The notes: generated by a model not told the origin, from the sequence alone. DNA of 27,536 bases from Promethearchaeota archaeon (GCA_048938005.1 JBHLMQ010000041.1:1-27536), one strand, 5' to 3'; shown: positions 1-9,119, counted from the first letter of the stretch. A program made the numbers and translations.

Positions 1-608
1 CTTAGAAATAGATCTATAGTATTTATCCTATCATATAGTTTATAAAAGAAAGGTCTAATCTTTTGGAGTTTAGGACTATAAGTAACTTCATGAATCAATA
101 TCAAAACCATTTCATTTCTTTTACAAAACAGAATCAGTGGCAATAATTGTGTTTCGTAGAACATATTTAACAAAGCTGAAATATTCTTTGGATTACTACA
201 TCGCGTAAGCTTATACCTTAGATGATAAGAGATATTATCAATTACAATATACTTTAAGGAGGGGGGAGTGATAACAAGGGGATTAATTATTTTTTCAATG
301 ATTGAGACTTGTTGTTCATAGGAATGAATTGGTTTTTTCTGAGGAATAACATAAATATTATTTTTAAGATATTCTAATTTCTTATTCTGCCCCTGAAATA
401 TTTGAGTTAAACGCTTACGAGAAAAATGTTCACTTGCCTGAATCCAAATACATGAATCTGTAAAAGGGTGTTCATAAGTTAGAAGTGTCCCAGCTAGTTG
501 AACGGCAAGAGTAGTTTTACCGATTCCTGATTCACCTGAGATAGACACAATATTATGATACGAGAGTAGTTTTTTAATCCCTTCAATAAAATTAGCTTCC
601 AAAAGCAT
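1..608 (-). CDS. RecA/RadA-superfamily ATPase, RadB/Rad51-paralogue-like (3' end outside the window)
   Basis: Not in the ORF track. Hand translation from ATG at 608: MLLEANFIEGIKKLLSYHNIVSISGESGIGKTTLAVQLA...CIWIQASEHFSRKRLTQIF...LKYIVIDNISYHLR...VLILIHEV. Walker A is GESGIGKT and Walker B is YIVIDNIS. There is no N-terminal HhH domain, as in RadB-type paralogues. It starts 1 nt after the stop of 610-951. Confidence 0.8.
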   Translation of the reverse strand, partial: MLLEANFIEGIKKLLSYHNIVSISGESGIGKTTLAVQLAGTLLTYEHPFTDSCIWIQASEHFSRKRLTQIFQGQNKKLEYLKNNIYVIPQKKPIHSYEQQVSIIEKIINPLVITPPSLKYIVIDNISYHLRYKLTRCSNPKNISALLNMFYETQLLPLILFCKRNEMVLILIHEVTYSPKLQKIRPFFYKLYDRINTIDLFL

Positions 609-609
609 T

Positions 610-951
610 CTAATCGTCTTCCAGTAAATCAAGTACTTCCTTCTTTATCTTATCGATGTGTTGTTCATGTTCTTTTTTCTTCTCATCTCTAGTTTGATTA
701 TCACTATTTTGAGAAGAAGAGTTCATTAATTGCTGAATCATCATTAAAGTGATGAGATCATCTATTTTACTCTCTTGCTGAGGCTGTTTTCCACTTAGAA
801 ATCCAAAAACACCCCTTCCAGAAGAAGATCGAGATTTGAAAAAAAGATAGACACCTATAAACAAAACAATAATAATAATCGCATACACAGGATTTTGCTG
901 ATAGAACACAAAAAATCCAATTATCAACACAATATAACAGAAACCCTTCAT
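610..951 (-). CDS. Small membrane protein of unknown function (N-terminal TM hairpin, charged helical tail)
   Basis: 113-aa ORF with two hydrophobic N-terminal segments. It is closely spaced between the peptidase and RadB-like genes. An AGAGGT SD-like motif lies upstream. Confidence 0.7.
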   Translation of the reverse strand: MKGFCYIVLIIGFFVFYQQNPVYAIIIIVLFIGVYLFFKSRSSSGRGVFGFLSGKQPQQESKIDDLITLMMIQQLMNSSSQNSDNQTRDEKKKEHEQHIDKIKKEVLDLLEDD

Positions 952-973
952 GATTTTTAACCTCTTTTTTATA

Positions 974-1729
974 CTATTTTTCCTTCCATGGTTTTTTTGG
1001 TTTATAATGCTTTCTAGAAAATCGTGTGAATCTTACTTTCGATGGTTTTGTAAAATCTCTCGATTGAATTTTAATTATAAGCTTTCTCATACCTATCAAT
1101 GAAAATTTCAAAGAAAGATATATTGCGGTAATGGCAAAATAGTAGAGTACGTCCAAAATAAATATGATATTGGTAAATAACAAAAATACCCATAACACTA
1201 GAGTTGAGAGGGCTACTAAAAATATCTGATACCAAGAATAAGCGGGAGCATTTCTAAAAGAATAAGAAATATAATGCATATCTCCTGTTGAGGGGCTAGC
1301 GGTTAAAAGTAAAGAAAGGCATAAAAATATGGCAATAGTCTTTATTATAGGGTCAAATATTGGATTTAATATAACCTGAAACAATAATAGAAAAATAAGC
1401 CATGTGCTAATATAAAGTGGACCAAACGCAATCACAACTGCTTGAAGAAAACTCGGAGGTTTCTCAAGTTCAATCGAACCATATGGAGATCTCTTAGACT
1501 TTTCATTTCGCCATTTAACCTCAAAATGGTCTGGTAATCTTCCTACAACTAAACTCATTATATAATGGCTTATTTCATGGAAAATGACACCAATAAAAAA
1601 TAACCGTATGGCTATTGGCTTGAATGGTCCTGCTCTATCACTTAAGAAAAAACTTGACAATATAAGAGATATTATGAGTATGGCGAGAAATATCAACGGC
1701 TCTTGAATCATGAAAAATAATAGAATCAA
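974..1729 (-). CDS. Membrane zinc metalloprotease (M50/M50B-like, HExxH)
   Basis: FHEISH motif after a TM segment, then AFGPLY and PSTGD motifs and several TM helices. The true start may be the ATG at 1711. Confidence 0.7.
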   Translation of the reverse strand: MILLFFMIQEPLIFLAILIISLILSSFFLSDRAGPFKPIAIRLFFIGVIFHEISHYIMSLVVGRLPDHFEVKWRNEKSKRSPYGSIELEKPPSFLQAVVIAFGPLYISTWLIFLLLFQVILNPIFDPIIKTIAIFLCLSLLLTASPSTGDMHYISYSFRNAPAYSWYQIFLVALSTLVLWVFLLFTNIIFILDVLYYFAITAIYLSLKFSLIGMRKLIIKIQSRDFTKPSKVRFTRFSRKHYKPKKPWKEK

Positions 1730-2144
1730 AACAATTTAAAGAAAAAATTATAAAAATTCTGAATCAAAATTGTTCCTTTAAATAAGATCGCACAATTTGC
1801 ATTTCAATTAGTAATTATTATATTATTATCTTAAAAATATGATTTTTATGGAGAGAGGGCGGTAAATTTTGATATTTTACCATCTGATGTTGAAATCCTT
1901 AAATTAATGAAACTTATTCCAAAAAAGAACAATATGATTTTTGAAAGATCTTTAATAAGAAATTTACCCTGGCAAAATTAGCACAAAATTAATTAATTCA
2001 TAGGATGGGCCTAATGCTTTTCACATTGACAAAAATGTCACTGATTGATGAAATGAAAAAATTGCATCACTTTTTGATTCACCCAAAATATCACCCCTTA
2101 AAAATTAAGAGAAGAACGCGTCTTCTCATAAAAAAAATTTTGAG

Positions 2145-2160
2145 GATAAAGTTTAAAAAG
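2145..2160 (+). promoter_or_regulatory. Candidate BRE/TATA promoter of the TFB-like gene
   Basis: Purine-rich GATAAAG followed by TTTAAAAA, about 45-50 nt upstream of the GTG at 2202. The AT-rich background lowers specificity. Confidence 0.35.
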
Positions 2161-2201
2161 CAAACTCCGTCCTTATACTCTTTAGAGAATTAAAAAAAAT
2201 A

Positions 2202-3434
2202 GTGATCAAAACATTGGCAACGTATAAAACACTTCAAGAAAGTGCGCTATCTCCTAATTATTCACATTTGGAATGTGATATCTGTCGTTCGGCAGATATT
2301 GTAGATACTAAAGGAGGGTATGTGTGCAGAGAATGTGGAATCGTTTTAGAGATCCAAAAATTACAATACGATCGACCGTATAATGAAGATATCATTCAAT
2401 ACGCAAAAGGTTTAGGAATAACTCAGATTGGAACAAAACGAGAACGTGGCATTTCACCAAATTCTATGGAATTACATAGGTTAAACAAATATAATTCGAT
2501 AATTGATAACGAAAAAGCAGTTATTGAGAAAGCTCGAGTTGAAATTTCAAGAATATTCAATTGCCTAAGTTTAAATGAATACAATTCCATAAAGAAAATG
2601 GCATTAGATAAGTTTAAGATAATCAGAAACAGATTAAGGCCAGGATCCAAATACAGAAACATTGAAAAATTGTCTTCGATTATAATTTATTTGTGTTTAA
2701 AGCTCAGAAATGTCTCTATTAATCCACATGAGCTAATAGATATCTCTTTAATCAATAAGAAGGAGTTTAATGATTTTATATTGCAACTTCAGAGATATAT
2801 ACCTGAATACGCAGAACGTAATAGGCAGGATTATATCCTTCAAAGAGTTCTCGAAATTTCCGAACATTTTGAGTTAGGTGTACCATTTTATTTTCTTGCT
2901 AAAAAAATCTTATATAGGTTGTGGAGCGGAATTAAGAATACAACTGATAATGCTTTAGCAGGGTTGGTAAGTTCAATTTCACTGCTGTGTTCTGATAATG
3001 GAAATGCAACTGTTAGTGGAATCTGCAATAGGTTAGGAATTAGAATGTCAACTATACAATCACAGGTAAAAAGTAAGGTATTTGATAGATTTAAAGTAGA
3101 CGGTTTTATCAGTTTAATTAAATCCTCTGATTTACTTGTAAAAATAATGAAAAAATTAGGTTTATTAGAATCAGAAGAAGAAAAAGCTGCAATAGAAAAT
3201 CAGTATGAAATTATCCTCGGAAATGCTGCTGAAGTGTTTAATCTGCACAATAATCTTGATTACTACTATTTTGCTGTAAAAGGAGAAAAATGTTCTCCTA
3301 TGATGATCACACTCAAGATTAATGAATTCCCTTTAAATTTTGAAAAATCTCCAAAAGTAAAGGGCGATATTTTACTTGATTTTGAGATATATAAGTATTA
3401 TTCTTGTAAAGATCCTCCCATAATAAATGCTTGA
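2202..3434 (+). CDS. tfb: Divergent transcription initiation factor IIB (TFB) paralogue
   Basis: Zn ribbon CDIC-x14-CRECGIVLE, a GITQIG linker motif and two cyclin-like helical repeats, plus a C-terminal extension of roughly 90 aa. Confidence 0.75.
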   Translation: MIKTLATYKTLQESALSPNYSHLECDICRSADIVDTKGGYVCRECGIVLEIQKLQYDRPYNEDIIQYAKGLGITQIGTKRERGISPNSMELHRLNKYNSIIDNEKAVIEKARVEISRIFNCLSLNEYNSIKKMALDKFKIIRNRLRPGSKYRNIEKLSSIIIYLCLKLRNVSINPHELIDISLINKKEFNDFILQLQRYIPEYAERNRQDYILQRVLEISEHFELGVPFYFLAKKILYRLWSGIKNTTDNALAGLVSSISLLCSDNGNATVSGICNRLGIRMSTIQSQVKSKVFDRFKVDGFISLIKSSDLLVKIMKKLGLLESEEEKAAIENQYEIILGNAAEVFNLHNNLDYYYFAVKGEKCSPMMITLKINEFPLNFEKSPKVKGDILLDFEIYKYYSCKDPPIINA

Positions 3435-3468
3435 TATATTCTTTCTTACCAAATTATACCAAACACTA

Positions 3469-3477
3469 TTTTTTTTT
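3469..3477 (+). terminator. Oligo-T archaeal terminator candidate
   Basis: T9 run about 35 nt after the TFB stop. Confidence 0.4.
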
Positions 3478-3578
3478 CTCTCTAATCTTTATGCCAATGT
3501 GAAGTTTATTGATTTTTTATTTAAATATTTCTATTCTAATTTACAGTGTAACAATCAAGAGTTATCTTATGATGCTAT

Positions 3579-6464
3579 ATGAAGTTAAAAAAATACACGT
3601 CTGCTTGTATTATATTAATAATTTTTAGTTTTAGTGGTTTAATCTTACAAGATTTTCATAACATAAATAGCTACTCTAATACCAATAACAATGCATATAC
3701 CCCTCAATTTCCACAATCATCTTCAAATAGAGAGATTATTGATTCAATGTTTAATTATAAAGTATTTGAGTATTATGACCTTGGTTATTTTAATCAGATT
3801 TATGAATCTTCATTGCAGGCAACATATTATGCCTTATTCATTCTTGAAGCCATAGGAAAGCTAGGTCAGATTAATCAAACTGAAATAATAAATTATATTA
3901 TGTCTCATTATGAGCCAAGTTCACATAGATTCATGGATTCGTTAGCTTATCGATATTTGGATACAGATTTTTCTCAGTTTTATTACCCTCTAAGCACAGT
4001 ATTAGAGGTTACATGTTATGCCATACTTTCCTTAGATATATTAAATTCCTTGCATCTAATAGATTCCCAAGAAATGATTGATTTTATCTGGAGTTGCTAT
4101 AATCAGATTTCAAGTGGATTTATCGGGCAACCGTACGATTCCGGGTTAGAAGATGGATTTAAGGTTGCGACATCAGATAACACATACTTTGCTGTTCAAA
4201 CACTTGATTTACTTATGAACGATTGGTTGGGATATTCAACTCAAAAAGATAAAATCATTCAATTTGTTAATAATTTACAATTAACTGGAGGGGGTTTTAT
4301 AAATGATGAAAATACTGCCATTGACACATTAAATCCTCTTTTTGAACCGAATTTATTAGCTTCATATTATTGTATAAAAACCTTACAAATCTTTGGAATG
4401 GAAGGAAGCATACGAATTTCAGATTTCAACCAATTCCTCAATGATTTATATGATTTGAATCAAAATTATTTCCGAATTTCTCAATGGGATTATGGTGTAA
4501 ACTATACAAACATAGTCGCAACGGCGGTAGGATTGGAACTTTCAGATATTACTAACTACGGAAATATAGATAGAAATGCTACATTATCATTTATTTTAGA
4601 AAATCGAAACTTATTTGGAAATTGGGATCAATCAACTACAGTAAACCATCATGAGCTCATTGATGCCTTTCAGATTATCCGTTCATTAAAGAATGTTCAA
4701 GAACTATCACAGTTAACATTAGAAGATAAAAACCAAATCGGAAATGCTACACAGCTTTATTACCAAAATAATGGTTATTCTCATCTTTCAAACGATTATA
4801 CTTCTATAAATCTTATTCATACACTCATAAGTTCTTTCAACTTATTTGATAGAACATCAGAATTAAATGTTCAAGCATTCTACGCCCAAATAAAAGATTC
4901 TTATATTCAGACATTTACTCAACCATTTGCCAATTCTTTTGCAGGATATTTAATAAAATCTCCTGATTTTGTTGGATTGCGTTCTCATCCTATTGAGTAC
5001 TACACTACAGGGAATAAAGATTACATTGATAAGATATCTCAACTGTATTCACATAAGTCTACTTTCTTAGCATTAAAATCACTGAAAACATTATTTAAAT
5101 TAGATGATTTCGCTTTGGAGTTTGATCTATTAAACCTTGTTAATGATATTTTAGCTACGCAATTTTTGAATGATACCTATTATGAGCTTTTTGGGGCATT
5201 TACACCGTTATGGTTTTACCAAGAAAATCGTTCTGAATATTTGAGTAAAAAGATCTTCTTTGAATATTCATATTATGCAATACGGTGCTTAGAACTTCTA
5301 GCTGAAGAATTAGAGTTAGGAAGTATAACTGGCCTAGGTTTCGATACAACTGCACTATACAATTATATTGATAGAAATATTATCGAGACTCCTACAATGC
5401 TTTATTTCAATCCGAGATATACAAATAATGTTGAGACGATTTTAAAGAATACCTATTTTATGATCTATATTTTGCAGGCAATTAATTTATTTAATAGAGA
5501 TAGTCAGAAAATCAAGAATTTTGTAATTTCTAGTTTGGATTACACCAATATTGAAAATGTGTATTATAGCTATAAAATCTCAAAGATCTTGGATTTAGAT
5601 ATCGCATTTGATATAAATTTAGTTCAAGAATTGGTTCAAGTTATCTATTCTGAGGAATTTCATGAATTTTATCTCACACCAAATCAGGAGGTTATAGATC
5701 AAGAAATATTTTTGTGGGTCTGTGATATGGCTCGAAATAGTAATATCGGAATTGAGGCTCATTACTCGAATAATGTGCCTTTAGGCGGTGTAAATCGAAT
5801 GCATGCGTCTCTCTATAATCTTATAATAAGAGATTTTGGCACATATATCAGCTTTAAATTTGAAAGCGATCAAATCGGCACGTATGTATTTACTAAATTA
5901 CCAAACAATACTTATGTAGCAGATATTCCAAATCCAATAAGTTCTATGAGTTATCCTGAAATTTCAGGAATTTTATGTGCATATGAAGGACAACAGAAAA
6001 AAGCAGAATGTCCCATATCGTTTTCTACTACATATGAGTTAAATTATGAGATTAAAATAGAAAAAACGCCAACCTCAATACTATTTTCAGTAAATAGCTC
6101 AATAATATCTAATGAAAAATATTATCCATTAACAGTTGGAGAAGCATATGTTCATATCATTAAAAATGGAAAAATTATAGAGACCAAGCAGTTCTCACTT
6201 CGAAATTCCAGCGAAGATTATAGTATATTTACCCTCACCTACACTCTACCAGATAAAGGAGTTTATGAATTTGAGTTATATCTTGATGATGGAATACAAG
6301 ACACTCCCATTCTAATACAGAAAATTACATTTTCAGGCAATCAAAATAATATGCAACAGATCATGAGTGCAATTCCACTGACAATTGTATTAATATCCGT
6401 CCCTGGATGCGTGATCATCGTCTCATCAAGACAGATAAAAAGAACTCGAAAAGAATTAAAATAA
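3579..6464 (+). CDS. Secreted, C-terminally anchored prenyltransferase/squalene-cyclase-repeat (alpha/alpha barrel) protein
   Basis: N-terminal signal/TM segment. Repeated motifs ATYYALFILEAIG, TCYAILSLDIL, NTYFAVQTLDLL, QLTGGGF and ASYYCIKTLQIFG. Beta-rich C-terminal region, then a TM helix and basic tail. Confidence 0.75.
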   Translation: MKLKKYTSACIILIIFSFSGLILQDFHNINSYSNTNNNAYTPQFPQSSSNREIIDSMFNYKVFEYYDLGYFNQIYESSLQATYYALFILEAIGKLGQINQTEIINYIMSHYEPSSHRFMDSLAYRYLDTDFSQFYYPLSTVLEVTCYAILSLDILNSLHLIDSQEMIDFIWSCYNQISSGFIGQPYDSGLEDGFKVATSDNTYFAVQTLDLLMNDWLGYSTQKDKIIQFVNNLQLTGGGFINDENTAIDTLNPLFEPNLLASYYCIKTLQIFGMEGSIRISDFNQFLNDLYDLNQNYFRISQWDYGVNYTNIVATAVGLELSDITNYGNIDRNATLSFILENRNLFGNWDQSTTVNHHELIDAFQIIRSLKNVQELSQLTLEDKNQIGNATQLYYQNNGYSHLSNDYTSINLIHTLISSFNLFDRTSELNVQAFYAQIKDSYIQTFTQPFANSFAGYLIKSPDFVGLRSHPIEYYTTGNKDYIDKISQLYSHKSTFLALKSLKTLFKLDDFALEFDLLNLVNDILATQFLNDTYYELFGAFTPLWFYQENRSEYLSKKIFFEYSYYAIRCLELLAEELELGSITGLGFDTTALYNYIDRNIIETPTMLYFNPRYTNNVETILKNTYFMIYILQAINLFNRDSQKIKNFVISSLDYTNIENVYYSYKISKILDLDIAFDINLVQELVQVIYSEEFHEFYLTPNQEVIDQEIFLWVCDMARNSNIGIEAHYSNNVPLGGVNRMHASLYNLIIRDFGTYISFKFESDQIGTYVFTKLPNNTYVADIPNPISSMSYPEISGILCAYEGQQKKAECPISFSTTYELNYEIKIEKTPTSILFSVNSSIISNEKYYPLTVGEAYVHIIKNGKIIETKQFSLRNSSEDYSIFTLTYTLPDKGVYEFELYLDDGIQDTPILIQKITFSGNQNNMQQIMSAIPLTIVLISVPGCVIIVSSRQIKRTRKELK

Positions 6465-6562
6465 AATATACTCAAATCTTTTCTTTTTATTTTATTAAAA
6501 AATTAAGTGGTTGATGCCCCTAACTTCAAATTCTAACAACTCTGAAAAAAAAAAAAAAGTAG
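6282..6562 (+). repeat. Left copy of a 281-bp diverged direct repeat
   Basis: Aligns end to end with 9267-9547 (offset 2985). It covers the last 60 codons and stop of 3579-6464, the spacer, and a remnant of the start of the 9496-10128 gene. Confidence 0.95.
6545..6558 (-). terminator. T14 run, candidate terminator of the fibre gene
   Basis: A14 on the + strand, about 24 nt downstream of the 6582 stop on the - strand. Confidence 0.45.
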
Positions 6563-6581
6563 TAATTTTAATTAAATATTT

Positions 6582-9077
6582 TTATTTCCACTTTTTGCGT
6601 CTCAAATAAGTTATCACAGATAATACCCCTGTTGTTCCTAATACGATTAAACCTACCATAAATAAATCTGGTAATGGAATACCAGGGGGGGAACTAGTTG
6701 TAAATGTCCACGTTGAAGATTGAGTTGTACTTAACCCATCATCAGCTATAACGTACCATGAATATTTCGTACCAGGTGAGAGTCCCGACCAGTCTACTGA
6801 AGCTGTACCAGTTCCACCTGTAATAATGATTGAGTCTATTAAACTATCATCTGAAGCATCATAAAATGATACGGTCAAATCATCCCCATCGTTATCAAAT
6901 ACATCCACACTTAATGTAGGGTTGTAACCAATATTGCTAGCCCCATCATTAGGAGTTGGATTTGTTGGAACATTGGGCGCGTAATTTGTAGTAAATGCCC
7001 ATGTAGCAGATTGAGTCGTATTTAACCCATCATCAGATATTACATACCATGAATAAGTCGTACCACTTGAGAGTCCCGACCAGGTTACAGAAGCGTCACC
7101 GGTACCCCCTAAAACACCATCAGTATCAATTATACTATCATCTGAAGCATCATAAAATGACACGGTCAAATCATCTCCATCGATATCAAATACACTCACG
7201 CTTAATGTAGGGCTGTAATTAATATCAGTAGCCAAATGATTAGGAGTTGGATTTGTGGGAGCATTGGGAGCGTAATTTGTAGTAAAGGACCAAGGATCAT
7301 ATTGTAATACAGTTAATCCATCATCAGCTTTTACATACCATGAATAGGTCGTACCACTTGAGAGTCCCGACCAAATTACTGTAGCTGTACCAACTCCACC
7401 AACAATATAATCCCATCCAATCAGAGCATCTGTAGCATCATTATAAAACGACACGTTCAAGTTATCCCCTTCTAAATCATTTACATTTACACTTAATATA
7501 GGGCTATAGATAATATCCGTAGCTCCATCTTCAGGAGTTGGATCGGAGATAGCCCCAATCTTTTGCATATAAATGAGCTTAACATAAGGTGGAATACTAT
7601 TTGCATACGAAGTATAACAAGTTGCATAACCTGTAGGATTTAAGTTATGAGCATGAGCAGCTGGACCTGCATGTGTGGTGTCTAGAACCCAATTCGGTGC
7701 CACATCACAAAAAGTACCGATCCCCCCAGGTGCAGTTTCTTGTGAGGAACCCCGCATATTATAGGTGTGTGCATGTGTCATAGGATCAGTAGGAATAGAG
7801 TGTGTATGTTGGGGAACCTCTCTATAGATATGTTGATGAGTGGCAGACCCACCAACACTTCCAGGTTGTTCTCCATCTGTTACACCTCTTGGAAATCTAT
7901 TAAGCATGTCAGGAGTATTATTTGTTCCATTGCATTGATTCCAACCTGCGGGTATGTTCGCTATTGAATCTCCCCACATACTAATAACTCCCATCGGTAA
8001 TGCATTGGTTACTACTGTATTCATTATGAACGCAACCTCGAAATAGGGGGGTAAATTGTCTGTATTCTCAGTTGTACAAATCGCTTGTCCAACGTAGGGT
8101 ACAGAATGTGTGTGAACTACATCTTCAGAACTAGTTAGGCCAGTTGTAATTCTATAAGAAGTAGGGTTTAATATCAGAGCACCTACTGTCCTGGCCAACC
8201 CACCATCCATGTCATGGTTATGAGAGGCATCAGCAGAATCAATAGAATGGCGATGACTAGGAATTTCCGTATATGTATGATTATGGGCTACAGTTCCACC
8301 TAATGTCCCAGGATCATCTCCTGGAGGGGCTCCCCGAATGAACCTATCTCGAAGATCAGGAGTTCCGTGGAATCCATCACAAATTGCCCAATCTGCAGGA
8401 ATGTTATTTATGTCACCTGCCCACATTACAATCACCCCAACAGGAATAACAGGATCATTTGTCTCCTTCTCGATAAATGCCAACTCGTAATAGGGTGGGA
8501 TGAGGTTTTCTTGTTCAGACATATAAAGAAGGCCTGTTCCACCTGTATAGGTGGTATAACCACCATGATTATGCGGTGTAGCTGTAGTACCAGTGGTGGT
8601 AGAATATATACTATAACCGTCGTATGGAATGGACGGCCAAGGCTGGCCTCTAGTATAGTAAACATTTGGTCTCATATAGGTATGGTAGTGCGAAGCGCTT
8701 GTCGTACCAGTTACACCATGATCGTGGTAAGGAACTGTATTGTAAGTATGATTATGTGATGTACTACCACCTGTGGATCCAGGTAATTCTGCACTATCAG
8801 TGCTATAAACAAAAAGATTAGTTGTATTTATTGTGCCACTGGTACCATCACACAGTTTCCACCCAGCTGGGATTGTATTTAAGGGTCCAGCCCACAATGC
8901 AATTATGCCAGTGGGATCATATTCTGTACTAGTTCTTAGATTATTGATTTGGTTTTTACGAATAGATCCAGGATTCATCTGGAAGGTAAGGGTAAAGATT
9001 AGGGTACAAAGTATTATTGCGCTTAGAAATTTTATATAATTTTTTTGATTTTTATACATTGGAAAAACACCTTTCAT
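6582..9077 (-). CDS. Cell-surface protein: signal peptide, 3x phage tail-collar/HxH fibre units, 3x Fn3/Ig-like repeats, C-terminal TM anchor
   Basis: Three collar motifs (PTGIIALWAG..IPAGWKLCDG; PVGVIVMWAG..IPADWAICDG..TPDLRDRFIRGA; PMGVISMWG..IPAGWNQCNG..TPDMLNRFPRGV). Each is followed by 4 HxH motifs and closed by N-x-PPY...(F/Y)(I/M). Then three 97-aa repeats containing W-SGLS-GT-YSWYV-x-DDG and the tail GIP-TM-RRKKWK. The start may be the ATG at 9059, which follows an AAGGTG SD-like motif. Confidence 0.88.
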   Translation of the reverse strand: MKGVFPMYKNQKNYIKFLSAIILCTLIFTLTFQMNPGSIRKNQINNLRTSTEYDPTGIIALWAGPLNTIPAGWKLCDGTSGTINTTNLFVYSTDSAELPGSTGGSTSHNHTYNTVPYHDHGVTGTTSASHYHTYMRPNVYYTRGQPWPSIPYDGYSIYSTTTGTTATPHNHGGYTTYTGGTGLLYMSEQENLIPPYYELAFIEKETNDPVIPVGVIVMWAGDINNIPADWAICDGFHGTPDLRDRFIRGAPPGDDPGTLGGTVAHNHTYTEIPSHRHSIDSADASHNHDMDGGLARTVGALILNPTSYRITTGLTSSEDVVHTHSVPYVGQAICTTENTDNLPPYFEVAFIMNTVVTNALPMGVISMWGDSIANIPAGWNQCNGTNNTPDMLNRFPRGVTDGEQPGSVGGSATHQHIYREVPQHTHSIPTDPMTHAHTYNMRGSSQETAPGGIGTFCDVAPNWVLDTTHAGPAAHAHNLNPTGYATCYTSYANSIPPYVKLIYMQKIGAISDPTPEDGATDIIYSPILSVNVNDLEGDNLNVSFYNDATDALIGWDYIVGGVGTATVIWSGLSSGTTYSWYVKADDGLTVLQYDPWSFTTNYAPNAPTNPTPNHLATDINYSPTLSVSVFDIDGDDLTVSFYDASDDSIIDTDGVLGGTGDASVTWSGLSSGTTYSWYVISDDGLNTTQSATWAFTTNYAPNVPTNPTPNDGASNIGYNPTLSVDVFDNDGDDLTVSFYDASDDSLIDSIIITGGTGTASVDWSGLSPGTKYSWYVIADDGLSTTQSSTWTFTTSSPPGIPLPDLFMVGLIVLGTTGVLSVITYLRRKKWK
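6697..7545 (-). repeat. Three intragenic tandem repeats with 291-bp period (Fn3/Ig-like stalk)
   Basis: GTCGTACCACTTGAGAGTCCCGACCA is identical at 7057 and 7348. AGGAGTTGGA recurs at 6951, 7242 and 7533. Confidence 0.92.
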
Positions 9078-9119
9078 TTTTATTAAATTAGATTTGCCTA
9101 AAAAATATATGAACCAAAG

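Noticed and set aside
2005-2193. 62-aa ORF upstream of tfb
   Set aside because: Short and K/I/L-biased from AT-rich promoter DNA. It overlaps the probable TFB promoter.
1730-2201. Replication origin in the long intergenic region
   Set aside because: No ORB-like repeats with G-strings and no adjacent orc1/cdc6 gene were recognised.
7767-9039. Short ORFs 7767-7967, 8367-8759, 8432-8665 and 8833-9039
   Set aside because: Antisense or alternate-frame shadows of the fibre gene, with no recognisable motifs.
6582-9077. Provirus or contractile injection system
   Set aside because: No capsid, terminase, sheath, baseplate or integrase genes are present. The fibre-like protein has a signal peptide and a membrane anchor.
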